From positions 1,193,974 through 1,257,973 of the forward strand of contig NMRA01000008.1 of assembly GCA_002633005.1 (NCBI GenBank): 64,000 nt of DNA, written 5' to 3'. The stretch's first letter is position 1; every line of letters starts with the position of its first letter. The DNA comes from Phoronis australis (Eukaryota; Animalia; Phoronida). Positions 26,753 to 40,559 of the stretch are shown here, piece after piece. Below the pieces are notes generated by a model. That model searched no databases. It had not been told where the DNA came from and saw nothing but the letters and a program-made list of their open reading frames with translations. Position numbers and translations under genes: made by a program.

Positions 26753-26800
26753 AACTTGACATGTTTCGGTGTCATTTATGAAACACCATCCTCAGAAGTC
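26753..26800 (-). ncRNA. Minimal type I hammerhead ribozyme motif (Penelope-like retroelement type)
   Basis: Minus strand reads GACTT-CTGAGGA-T-GGTGT-TTCATAAATG-ACACC-GAAA-CATG-TC-AAGTT: stem I, CUGANGA, stem II, GAAA, palindromic helix III, GUC cleavage triplet, stem I partner. Confidence 0.7.
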
Positions 26801-27550
26801 ATAATACAGTGGCCACCTAGCTAGGCCCAGCAACAAGTAATGAAGCACAGATACAGTCAGTTACAGGGAGTGACAATGAAGTTAATTAGACTAACATTCA
26901 TTACGTTTGAAAATGGTTTGGTTTTGGCGTGGTCAGAGTGATACACAAAACATACTGTAGCAAGCAAATTTACTAGTGATCCCATTAAAGATAGTCCTAT
27001 AGATGTTGCTGTTTGCCTTATTCCAAAAAATCTCGGTTTGGCTGGATTCAACTTCTGCCTATTCTCTTGGTTTTACAATCCATTGCTTGTGAAGGAGTTT
27101 TCCAGGTTTTGTTTGGAAACTGAGACACATGAGTGGAAAATGGTAGCTCACCAAAAATGAGTTAGTACTGTCAGAATTGCAATTTTCTAGGGTACTGAAG
27201 CTCCGCGCAGCCTTGTTGGCAGTTGAGCATGATTTCAAAGTGATTACTGTTCCACACTGTTAAGCGGAAAAGAATTTTGAAAATTCTTGGGTTTGACAAT
27301 TAAACTTGACTTTATCAATATAAAATAATTTGTCTCAGACAACTGTTAATTGCTTGTATGCATATGGTTTCCTGACATTGATTGGATGCTTATTCATATC
27401 CTTGCATTGGCCAGATACAGTCTCTTTGGTTGACATTCACTTGCCTGCGAAATTGTGGCTTTTTAGGGGATAGTACACCCATACTTAGTAAACTTCAACG
27501 CATTTACCTGGATGAGAGCATACTGTATTAATTATTACATTGTTTTTCAG

Positions 27551-28917
27551 ACAAATCATCAACAGATACGGGATTCACTCTTGTTGAAAATATCAACAAG
27601 TTGCTGGGTATTCCCTCTGTCGCCCTCGATGATGACAAATCGAAACGGGACTACCAAAAGATGCTGGAAACAAAACTCCGACAGAAACTCCACCAGGAAA
27701 AATCCAAATTACGTCTTCTTAAGAAGCAACTCAAAAGTGGACAAACGGTTAAAAGCACTGAGGAGCCAGAAGTGTTACTAACAGTGAAAGATGCAGCATT
27801 ACTGGCAGAAGAAAAGGAAGTTGCTGAAACTGCAATGGAATCATTGCAACCCAAGGTTTCAGCTGATGGCGAGGACTCACACTCTCTCCAAAAGCCCACG
27901 TGTGAAACTGTGCAAGACGAATTTGCTTTGGAAAATGAAGAAAATTCGGTTCTGTCCATAGCAAAAGAGGCTGAACTTTTGTTCGTGGAGGACTCCGATT
28001 TGTCTGTTGGTGAGAATTTGACCGTGTCTGCAAACTTGCAGCAGCACTGTGCAGTGAAGGACTGTCAAGTGACCATGTCGAAATTACCTCCCCTGGAAGT
28101 AGTTCATCGAGACGCTGTTCACAAGAAAGAGAAGCGCGGCTCGTCGCAGGACGGCGACTTGCACTTCCATTTGTACTGCAGCGAAAACTCTCAGTGTGTT
28201 TGCTGTGACGACTGTCGTGAATTCTTTACGATATCAGATTTCATGTTGCATTTGCATGACCAGAGCAGTAAAGACAAACTAATAAAAGTAACTGTCAAGC
28301 AGAACTTGGAACTGCGTCAGTCTAAGCCATCTAAAAAGGAAGAGAAGTTATGGGAACTTTTCTTGAAAAAGAAGAAAATTTTAGAAAACCGTGATTCGAG
28401 TAACGACAGTGCCCCGGAAACGCGTCAAAGTAAATTGGTTTCTGTTATTGAAAATAGCATTGCGGAAAGGACTCGTTTGGCTGCAGAACCCATACCGGAG
28501 GACCAAAAAGAGACTCGTCAAAGTTCACGTGTACGAAAGCGCAAACAGTTGTATCCAATAGAAAAGTACACGTTTTCTAAACTTCTCCCTACTTCCGCCC
28601 CCATCGTGAAAGAAGCCGGGTATTTGCCAAATGTTGAGTTTCAGGACACGATATTCTCGGAATTGGAACCGCGCCTGTTACCCCAGGAGATTCCGCACGA
28701 GATCAGAAACATGCCCGTATCACCGGTGAAGAGGGATGGGTCAGACGGTGTTATTTGCGCCAGTGTGTCGGCAGACATTGTGAGAAAGTACGATCTGAGC
28801 CCTCGCTCTCTTGTCGCCACCAGGTTCAGTAAGAGACACTCCAAAGTGGTCACAAAAAAGAACGGAGAGGCAGCCATTCCTGGACAGTACACAGCACTGG
28901 GAACGGGCGACACGTGA
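27551..28917 (+). CDS. Ski/Dach-like gene, last coding exon (coiled coil, c-Ski SMAD4-binding/SAND-like zinc domain)
   Basis: tttttcag acceptor, phase 1; LYCSENSQCVCCDDCREFFTISDFMLHLH resembles Ski [29 protein letters not shown]; TGA at 28915-28917. Total CDS 6099 nt. Confidence 0.85.
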
Positions 28918-29850
28918 ACAACAACTTAAGCATCCACAGTTTTTTAGGCAACCATAAGCGGAGACCTTGCAGAGTGCGCAATACAATGTCTGATTCGAGA
29001 CTCTAGGTTTTCCTATGCGTAATTCTTCTCGCTGAAATTCAGATCTTGCTTTATTTACAAAGCCAAGCAACTATGTGAGAGATGAGGATCGCTTTGAAAA
29101 GAAAGCTTCATGCCACGCGGCCTCATTTGCTTCGTTCCGGTCCCTGACTTGCCTTGGTATCTGGTCAGTAGTAAATAGGATGTGATACCTGTCTTGTACT
29201 ATGCGATTTACATACTGCCTGTTTGTCATTAGGAACCTTTTGTTAGTTGTTGTGGTTTGGAAAGGGTCAGATTATGTTCTGTAAGCAAAATACACTGGGT
29301 GTGTTTTTAAGATTTTCAGCAGTTTCAATGACACTACTTTGATTCAGTAAGTGTTCTGGTGGCTTTTGCAAGATGTGAAAATGTCATGATTTTCACATTT
29401 ATCTGTCTCGAACAGTAACTATAAAAATTAAGGGATTCTGTCACTATGCAGTAGGGGCTGGTGCCAGCTATCTTACAACTTCATAACTTCAAATGTTTTT
29501 GTAGGACTTCATCGACGTGTGTTTATTTAGCTAAATATATAAAAAATTAAATTCTAACTCAAAAAAAAGTTTATACATATTCTGGAAGTAGAATGCCTGT
29601 AAATTTTATTCACTGTCGTTACTTGGGTCACATAACCATATGTCTGTCTTTTTAGTTAACTTAAGCAAAAAAAAAGATGCATTCATTGCAAAACATCGGT
29701 ATCAAGAACATGACCCAACTTCATTTGATACAAATGTTCAAGACGAAATTTAAAAAACCCGTTTCAGATTTCTAAATTATGCAGTTTTCTGCAACTTGAG
29801 TTTTTCCATAGAAATGGTAAACATTCTATTTTTGCTTGTATCACTGGATT

Positions 29851-29856
29851 AATAAA
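29851..29856 (+). terminator. Candidate polyadenylation signal of the Ski/Dach-like gene
   Basis: AATAAA ~930 nt after the stop codon in AT-rich UTR-like sequence; no transcript evidence. Confidence 0.3.
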
Positions 29857-32800
29857 GCTATTGTCTGAAAGTTTCATATGAATCTAATTAGCTGTTACAG
29901 AGTTCCAAGTTCTCCAACATTCAGACATTTTTCTAGGATCCTACATAACTTTAAGACTCTGCCAATATCCTTGAATCAAGGGTAGTCAAGATATTTATTT
30001 GTTGGGTAATGTGTGGAATTATGGCGATATATGCTTGGCTCAAATAAATTACACATCGATGCCCATTCAGTCTTGGTACTAGGCTCATAGTACATAGATG
30101 TAGAGAAAAACAACCCATTGATGTGTGGTTGTCATAACTATACGGCAGCAGTAGTTGTTGGCTGTACATGACCACTCGACACTGTTTGGGGAACACCTCT
30201 CAATATTCTGTATAATGCAATTGTTTATTCCCGTGGCATGTTGAGTTGCTAATTGTTCAACTCTCCTGTAACTACTGATCTTGTTTCTAAGTAAAAAACT
30301 ACGGAGATAAATGGGACTTTTTATTTCGAATCAACTTGGATTCGAGCTCCTAGTGCCATCAAGCAATCCCAGCTGGTCTCAAAGGTCAGTAAACCAGCAC
30401 CCTCTGTCAGCAATGAACTTTTGATTTAGGACACTTACTGGGATCGTAGACTGTAGTACATGAACTGCCAATTGTGCATTTTCAATGGACGAAATCTGGA
30501 ATCTTGTGCACTAGCCATGAGGTAATTATTCACTAGCGACACCTGGCAAAATTAGCAAGTTTTATTTCCGGCAAATTCGTTGTCTGCTAATCATGGTCGG
30601 CTGTTGTGTGGTCGGATGCCAAAAGTACTCCCAATTCCAACAGTTCTATTATTGGGAGACTTTGAAAAGCGTTTCAATGCAGATTTTTTTTTTTGTTGTA
30701 CTGGACAGCAAAATGGATGCAAGAATTTCCCGTCAAAACACAATAACCAGAAACTGAAATTGGTAATTTAGGAGAGTGACGCCTCCTCTAGAATAGTATG
30801 CAAGAAAATGTAAGAGTTGTGAATCTGTTGCCTATAATCTATGCTGGGATGTAGTCTTGAGCTGTTCTTTACTCAAGATTAGAAATTACGTCTAGGCCAA
30901 GGGTCTCAATCTCGACTATAAATCTCAAAATTGTTTCAACACTTTGCGTTCAACTTTTATGCAAATTCAAGATAAATGTCCGTTATTGTGTACTTACTTG
31001 AGTACCGGGTATGTTTAGGTTATTGCTTCTTAGTGCCCAGTACAAGTTCACACTAGATGACCCCTGGTAATATTAATGGTGGGGTCATCAAGTGCAAGCT
31101 AGAAGTAGGCAGTTATCCACCTGAACCGTAGTTAGTGTACCTGAGCACTGAATAATCGACACGTCCTTAAATTTGCAGAAATGTAGAATGTTAAATGTCA
31201 AAAACAATTCGAAGTATTTTCCACCAATTTGCACTAATTTTACTACTATCTGTAGGATATTGTTAACGTCATTCTGCAAAGTTTAAACAATTTAACATTA
31301 GTTCATAGTCTGCTCTTCATGTTTGAAATCAGCAATACTGGTAATTTCTTTTCGATTTATATTCAACTAAGCCGCAATATACATCACAAATCATCAGATT
31401 TTATCAGTTCATCTTTAATAACAAACACACCAACAAAATAATTGCAATAGCTTATCATAGTCGCAAGTGCCCTATTCAGAATTGCACAAATTTTCACAAA
31501 TAGAATTTATGGCTGAGACGGAGGACTAACATAACTTATAGACGCCCATGAAGGGCAAAAGGGAGATTGAAAATTAACGATTTTAGCACCTCCTATAAAG
31601 TTGACCATCAGTTACCTGACTTACTAACCAACTTTCCGAATCACTGAATCTACCATCTTAACAAAGAAAGCTGCATTTCAAAGGCAAAAACTCAGTTTTT
31701 AAAAGACATTATCAGAAGAAACAGATTTTCCCAGATCAGTTGTAATGCGTAATCAGACGCAAAACCTCCGCAAGTGTAGCTAAACCCCTCCTGACAAATG
31801 GCTGTGTACTATTGGTTAAGTGTATCAAATTGGTAGTCACCGACCTTTATTTCAGCAAATGGTTGGCCCAAGGTGAAAATAGATAATTTGTAATAAAGTC
31901 ACAAAACGTCAGGTTTTTTCTGTGGTATAGCTCTGATCGAAGCTAATAACTTCAAGAGGTCTATGCCATGCAACAATAATGCCACAGATGTAAACCAATA
32001 ATGTCTCCTCACAGCAGCTATCAATTCACATTCTCCCAAATAAATAAACTTACAAATTACCACTTCACTACTGCCATGAAACTGGCCTCCAACAAATTTC
32101 ATTCGATTTGTGGTCTTGCAAAGAACTAAAACTTCGTTATTGCTCAAGACCATTCTCAGCGAATAAAATTACTCGCTGCGACACGTCTTGCAGAGCCGGA
32201 CTCGAGCAACAGAGACCTGTGAGTTCTCTCTAAGACTACAGATCATCTCTAATCTGAGTTGAGATCAATTTCGTAATTGTAAGTGTTCTAAATCAAATCA
32301 AAAGTTTTTTAATGGGAGGCTTAACAGGAAAACCAGCAAAACACTCTGACAGTCAAACTACCCATCTGGTGACGTGTTTTTAAAAGACTGACTTTTCTTT
32401 TTTTAGAAATTATTCAATGATCCAGGAAGTTGACAGCGGGCAACCCAAGCACACAATCACAAAGTAGTAGACTGATTCCTTCAAAACTCATCAAAGCAAC
32501 ATACTTAACAAGCAAGGTAACTCAACATGGTACTGGTCAAACCATTCTGGACTTCCCAATCAACACCACCTGGTGGTTGAATAAAGAGTCATTCCTGAGG
32601 TTAATCCCATACTACAGACGCACTTTCAGAGGTTCAAAAACCTGTAACTAAAACTGAAATGAAACGAGTTCAACACAGCTTAAATGAAAAAAAAACAAAA
32701 CAACTACCTTGAAATACTGCGTCATGAATTACTATTTGACTGCCTCATTCCAGAATATGATAGACCATAATTCTTCACTTCTTCTGCACGAAAACAATTG

Positions 32801-34507
32801 CTGAAACTGACACTTGTCAAAATCATATCACACTGTTTCCAACGTTGTTTGTGACATTTCCACAGCGCACACATAGCTAATAATAGCCTAAAACTTCTTA
32901 GTCAATTGAGTTCGAACAATTCGACGGAACAAAATTTCACATGTCCGCCATATTGTGTGTAAAATAGGTGAAGAATTACCGTATTTCTCCCGACAATTGC
33001 AAATTCAAAACACAACAAGATTCGCAATTGAAATACACGTGTCTCAACACAATGGTAATTAGAACAGGATGTGCACACGCAATCTTGCAATTAATACTGT
33101 AAGCCATTACTAGACAGATGGATACTGCGACACAAATAACCCCAGTAGGCACTTTGGAAGTTCAAACTGATACCTTTTCCTTGTTTGCACAAAAAGCAGA
33201 CGACAAGGCCAGTAAGCGAACTTCACATCATGTGCACTGCCTAAAGAGTGACAGGGACAGTGGGCCTACTGTCCTAAGAAAACTATGGTGTAAACATTGA
33301 GAATGGCCTTACAAAAGCATTTGGTGAAATTCCTTCAAACTGATTAAAACAAAATCCGCAATTTAACTGGTCAGCCACACTGTCTTCTGAATTAAAGAAG
33401 TTTGTAAAGCTATAAAATATCAGGAACAGCCCACATCATTAAGTACAGTACACGTCAAAAGTATTGAGATAAAATGACCTGGAACTTCCCGCCACGATGG
33501 CTAAACAGAAGCTGATTTCACTGCCAGAGTGGTCTCTCCTGATGACCATGAATGAAGGAAAATTACCAGGAAAGTCAATAAAGTGGTTAGGGCTTACTGT
33601 AATTAGAATTTGGAGGCCATAAAAGCTATTGCCAGTAATTTTTGCTGTTAACAGAATTAGGTGCCATGATGGGGAAATGGTATTTTGTCTCTGATGACTT
33701 TTGTCTTGAACTGTATTAGGTAGTACATACAATAGAAAACAAACAATCTGGCTGTTACGCATTCAAGCAGGGTCAGCCACACTTTTAGCTACTGGGATAA
33801 CATTTCACACAGGGTTAGAGCTGGGGCCACAAAAAAGGAAAAGTATATGTTACTAGCGCTCAGCAGATCAAATTTAAAAGTTTTAGGTCGCCCTAAACCG
33901 TGTTCTGATGTCAAAAACTTTCTTCACAACATATGTGGTTATCCAGAGTACGCCCCCCAAGTTACAGAAAGGCTAAGGCCCTAATATTTCTCCCAACAGT
34001 CACACCATAAACACTTTCTTGCAGGTATTAGTAAATTTGGTACAATTGGTGCTTTTATGTGTTTTGTACGGCCCACACAACAAAATGAAAGACAAAAGAC
34101 AATACTGGTCGAGTATTTCAAACGACTTTGTTGAACATTTTACGCAGCAATTAAAGTATGACAGGAAATCATTTGTGGGCCAAATGCACAACATGGCTCG
34201 TGTAAAAAATTGTTAAAGAGGTTCGTGTTAGAGATTACAGATTTCTAGTCCAAGGATGAATGAGAGAGAGGAGGCAATCAAACAGCTTTCCAAACAGACC
34301 ATCAGCCTTTTGAACCACTGAATCCTATTACCAATACTAAAATCAAGTATCAAAACGTATGGATCAAGGTTCGACTGATGAAGCCAGCCTCTAGCACACA
34401 AAGTCCTCCCCAACATGCATTTAATCATAAATACAAGATGATGAAAATTTGTAGTTCAGAAAGTTGAGCGATCACCTCCTGTTTAAACAATAGTCGAACG
34501 GAATGTA

Positions 34508-34681
<174 letters not shown>

Positions 34682-35522
34682 CTAAAAACACACAAAAGTT
34701 GGCTTCATTAAGGGACAAGGTCACTTTACACGCAACCAAAACACAAACTAAGAACAAGGGCACTCAAAATCATGCAGAACTCTGAAACCTTCTATACGTT
34801 ACCATGGCTTCCATCCAAGAAAAATCCTTCATGGCAACAGTAAGTAAAAGAAAAGGTCAAAAAGCAGGGTTCACAAATAACTGCTTCCACTGAGCTCACC
34901 TGTCAATTTCAAAAGGCCAGTATCATGTGTGAGCGACGCCCGTGACTTAAAATCCTCTACAAAATTCTAAGCTCTTCCAAGCCCAAAATGAATTTTCTGA
35001 TATCACCGCCACTATCATACTGAACTACATTTTGTCACTGACTGGGAGAGTTGGTGGACAGCGTTTGGTCTTGCTGTGGACAGATTTAATGCAGTGAATT
35101 TGTAGACTACTCCTGAACATTAATTATGAATTCTTTGCGACCATCATGCTGTCAAATTGTCACTGCTACGTGGTGCGATATTCACAAGTCCCACAAAGCG
35201 TCTAATGCCTTAAAATGACGATTAACAGATGAAATAGCGTTTCGCCGCTTTAAACTTGGCAAGGCCTGCACACCAGAAGAAGAACTTGGCTGAAGCAGAT
35301 GGCAGTTTTGTGCTCCCACAACGCTAAATCAGTGTGGAAATAATTGGGATTTTGAAACAAATGCAAATGAAATGTTAATTGATAGAGCCAAAAACTTGAG
35401 AACTGCTTCAAGAAGAAAAGTGACCACCTTTCAACGATCAGAAAACAGAAGCGTACAACTAACTGTAATACGTTATTCTGAAATTAAAAATAACAAATAA
35501 TTGTTAAAAAATGCAGTATTCA

Positions 35523-35771
<249 letters not shown>

Positions 35772-36467
35772 TTAGTGTTTTAAAGTTGAAAGACAAGGAC
35801 TTTGGTGATATTTTCTCATAAAATAAAAAGTACTCATCTTATACGTGTTTCAAATGTTAAGTCACTTTTCTCTGAGCCCCAATTGATATACGTACCCAGC
35901 ATCAGTGAATTGACCTAGTTAGCATAACTGTCTTGTTCGTGCACTTCATTTGACCGTGAAAACAACATGAAATGATTTGATCAAAGACTAATTTCAATAG
36001 ACCATTTTGCCATTATATTTGAAACTAGACATTGTAAGTGAGCAGCTGTGAAACCCATATCCATTCGCTATGACGCTGCATCGAGTTTGTTCTAAAGGAC
36101 TCCACAAGTATGACTGTGAAGATTGTTTGAAATGAGCTTTTAAGTGCAGCCGACCTACACGGGAATAGGTTTCACTCTAATTTGATTTTACAGCTTGAGA
36201 GTCTCTCGGATTCGTGTCATTTTCCACCTGCATGCACTCTGTGGGTGATGCCTGAAATGGGCTCATTATGGCAGTGAACCTGAAACAACTGTTATTCATG
36301 ATGAATAACTCAACAAACACAAATACAGCCATAGTAAAAAAATAATAGTCCAGGTGGTAAGGTAAACGCTGAAGCAGACGTGCACAGGCCGCTCAACTGG
36401 ACCCATTGCACTGAATATATACATAAAACCTGAGCTGAGGAGCTAGAAACCTGACCAAGGGTTTGCA

Positions 36468-36536
36468 GTGAGCCCCAGTGGGACTCAAACCCGCGATCTT
36501 GAGTAAAGGAAGGCCACTTATCCCACTGCTTTCGGG
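36468..36536 (-). mobile_element. Degenerate tRNA-derived SINE head
   Basis: Minus strand AGCAGTGGGATAAG...GCGGGTTTGAGTCCCACTGGGGC: A-box-like and B-box-like segments without a complete cloverleaf. Confidence 0.4.
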
Positions 36537-36892
36537 AGACACTTAGTTATGGGGTGTAGATTGTGGGTATATACTCTCGAAAGCCAAGTGAGTCAACTCT
36601 TAATGTTTATGAAATTCCAGGTCCTAGATCAATTTTCTGTTAGCTGGTACCATTTCAGAGCCCAGGAAAGTAAGTTTTACTACTTCTTGTACTTTTGGTA
36701 CTTTATTGACAACTACACGTCAACCAATTTTCATTATAAATCTACTGGCACTTCAGACCTGGGCAAGATGTAATAATTAAAATTATATTTTGATGTCCCT
36801 CGACTGCCTGCCAAGTGCGTCACAAACAATGAACACTCACAATGTTAAAGCCAACTCCCACAGAATGCCAACAAACTTCTCAACACAATCTA

Positions 36893-36997
<105 letters not shown>

Positions 36998-37410
36998 CTA
37001 AAAATAATCAACACATGGATAATTTCAAAGGATACAGAGTACAAGTAACTTCGTTCTTAGACCACCAAACAATATATTAGACTCAAAAAAAAAGTGCGTC
37101 TGGGATTTTCAATTAGGCCCATTAAACACAGAATTCCGCTGTCAAAATTCCGTGAAAAACAGGAGCCTTCATTTTTGACAGTTGCGCTCTTGAATAAAAG
37201 ATTGTAAAAAATTTCAAACATTCCTTTGTAGCTAATTGAATAATGAGACACACTTTCCAAGTTTCATCAGAAAAAAAATCCTGTTTTTGAAAATAGTTTG
37301 ATATCTATTCAATATCACTTCTTTAAAAAAAATGAAAATTAGCAGCCAACATACACTACAGCTACTGATTGATTTCTCTGAACGCTTTTTGCTTATCATT
37401 TTACTATTAC

Positions 37411-37475
37411 CTCTTCCCCTTCACTACTAGCTTCAGATTTTTCATATCGTATCAACCAGTTGTCATTTCCTCGAT
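37411..37475 (-). CDS. PI4K2: PI4K2 exon 5 (DRGNDNWLI catalytic loop)
   Basis: Catalytic loop motif, 65 nt, phase 1-0. Confidence 0.93.
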
Positions 37476-37561
37476 CTACAACAACGCAGAAAGCAAAGCA
37501 GGATGACATCAGTTTAAACACGTGATCTTGCACTTGTCCACATTCCGGCTTAATGACAAGC

Positions 37562-37740
37562 ATTTTTAATTGTCTGGTCTGCACGCCACCTGTTGGCCAC
37601 ATCACGTGACCTAATAAGCGTAAGTGTAAAAAGATTTCTAGCCCCCACCAGGACATTCTGCAGAAACTCTAGACATTGAGCCATCAGGACCACCGGTCAA
37701 ACACAGGCCAACAGGTGGCGTGCCGACCAGACTTAAAAAT
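37562..37740. mobile_element. MITE with E-box-containing inverted repeats, copy 1
   Basis: ATTTTTAA..GTCTGGTC.GCACGCCACCTGTTGGCC / GGCCAACAGGTGGCGTGC.GACCAGACTTAAAAAT; same family as 49291-49429. Confidence 0.7.
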
Positions 37741-38454
37741 TTTGTGACCTATATTTCCACATCAGTTCAAGATTTACATATTTATGTACTCGAGCTTAAA
37801 GTGATAATCAAAAATGAGAAAGGAATGACCAGCTAGTGTCAACAAGTTCCCCCCAGACGACCTGACCATACCATAGTCTGAGTGCTATTAAGAACTGCTC
37901 TAAGCTAACATCAGGAAGTAGATAACAAGTGCACTGGCAATAATCAATGATTAATTTTACAAAATATATGCAGGATAAAACTCTACCGGGGGTTTTCCGT
38001 AGATAAGCCCACACGATGAAACGCCCACGATCAGTTCTTTGGTGTTACAACTTATGGTTCATTCGGAACATTTCCTCTTAAAAAGTCCACTCAGCATCAT
38101 CTTTTTGTCTCAAATTCAGTTTTGTGGAACATTCATCACTTATTAACACTAAATTTAAAAACACAGTTTTAAGTAAAAAATGTCAAAATCAGCACAACTT
38201 TGACTTTCCGTTTACAAGCCCCCCCTTTTCCAAATAATCGAGTGGCTGTTTATTAATTGGTGTTACTAAAGCACCTGAAAACTTTTATTTTCCGAATACA
38301 AGCCCATGGGCTTATTTCCGGAAAATCATGGTAAACATCACCAGTGGAGCATAAACAAAGCAGACATTCAGTCTCTCAAGAGCATAGGGGCCACAATGAT
38401 TACACAATTTTCTGGCTATACATCACAACCACCCCAGATACAAAAATGCCATTA

Positions 38455-38676
<222 letters not shown>

Positions 38677-39585
38677 CTAGGATATCAACAAATGTTTGAG
38701 GTCATAGGTCATAGTGCCAGTTTATGGGTTATAGGTCGTCGTCTGAGAATTGTAAAAGGCAAATACATCTAGTCACCTTTGAATAATGCATTTAAGAAGT
38801 TTTTATTGAAACGCTATGACGAAGGAAGAATATAATTTTGGACAAAGTGTGCCACAGGAAATTTGATATGTTGACCACACTCAATTTTTTGGTCACGAAG
38901 TTGAATTTTCTAAGTCTTAGACAGCACAAAAAAAACTATTTTACACTTTAGTAAAGTCTTTTTGAAATTCTGACTCTTCTATAGTTAAGTTTTGAAAATT
39001 AAAATTTATAGTAAAACTGGACGAAAGCATAGTCCTTTGCACTGGATACAGAGAGGCATTCACAGGCACATTCAATGGGAACAACTGCAGATTTAAATCC
39101 ACTTCATTCATCAAGAGCTCCACAACATGATAAATCTAGGGCTTTGTCAGTCTTGTTACAGCACCAGTACAATGGACTTCAACTGTACAAAGAGATATCA
39201 CAGATTAGGTGAATTCAAACTGGCCCAAACAGAGTTTACACAAGACTGAATGGTACTCCACACCACACTCCCTCTGTTTATTACATTCACAGCCACCCAC
39301 TGTAACAATGAGGTCAAGTCAAAATGCCAACTTTGAATGAAATCTCAAATTTACAGGGTGAGTTGAGCCACTCATTTCATCTACAAAGAGCAACGTGCAA
39401 TATCTAATAATAAATCACTGCATTAGAAACACAAAATGGCTTTCATAGCAAAATAAAGGTTTCTAGTGATGACACTAAATGTGGTTTTCAACTTTTTTGG
39501 TTGTTGGAAAAGTATCAAAACTACAAGACAATATTAGTGACTGTTAAACGCTACCTTCTAATGAAACAAATACAAAAACTGTTAC

Positions 39586-39717
39586 CTTTGGAGGCAGTCC
39601 TAGTCTGTGAAATTTCCGACCTATCTGTGGAAACTTTTGAGAAATGTTTTTCTTTGCCCGAGACTTTCCCCTGTCTATTGCGTTATAGTTAAACGTCTCG
39701 CTGGATAAACGCACAAC
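39586..39717 (-). CDS. PI4K2: PI4K2 exon 3 ([11 protein letters not shown]...FHRLGLPPK)
   Basis: Conserved RK-rich insertion, 132 nt, phase 0-0. Confidence 0.95.
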
Positions 39718-40343
39718 CTGGAACACGTTAGTGGAAACTTCGCACACTATCGTCAGGAAAGCGATATGAGACCAGCCTCAGCAAGAAGTCATATCTACAG
39801 TTCCTATGGTCACAGCTTGACGCTCTGCCGATGGACCCACTTGAGTATTTAAAGTGTACTTAACTGGTAATGTCACTTGATTTCAGCAAATGTCCAGCAG
39901 ACAAAAGCAAGAATTAGCGTTTTGCAATTAAAATCACATTGTGTTGTTTTACAGTTCTAAACTGAATGAACTAACAACAAGAAGTCTATTCCATCCAAAA
40001 CCGATAGAAAAAGTGAATTTTTCAGCTGTAATATCCGACAATGTCCCCTTAAAACAATACAACACAATAAGCAGTACAAAAACGACTAAAAGCTATGGTA
40101 CAAAAATGGCGACACCAAATTTCACTGTTGATTCTCTTGGAAGCAGGTAAGAATTACACACACCGAATACCACACTCGGCAATTTCTGAATCAATGTAAT
40201 CATCCGAAAATGAAAACAGTCACTTACAGGGGCCCGGCATTTTGAGTACCATTGTTTTTCACATTCAAGATCTCACTACCTTGATGTGGTAGTGCCCTTG
40301 AACAACCAATAACGGCCTACGTTTGTTTTTGTTACAATGTTCA

Positions 40344-40559
<216 letters not shown>

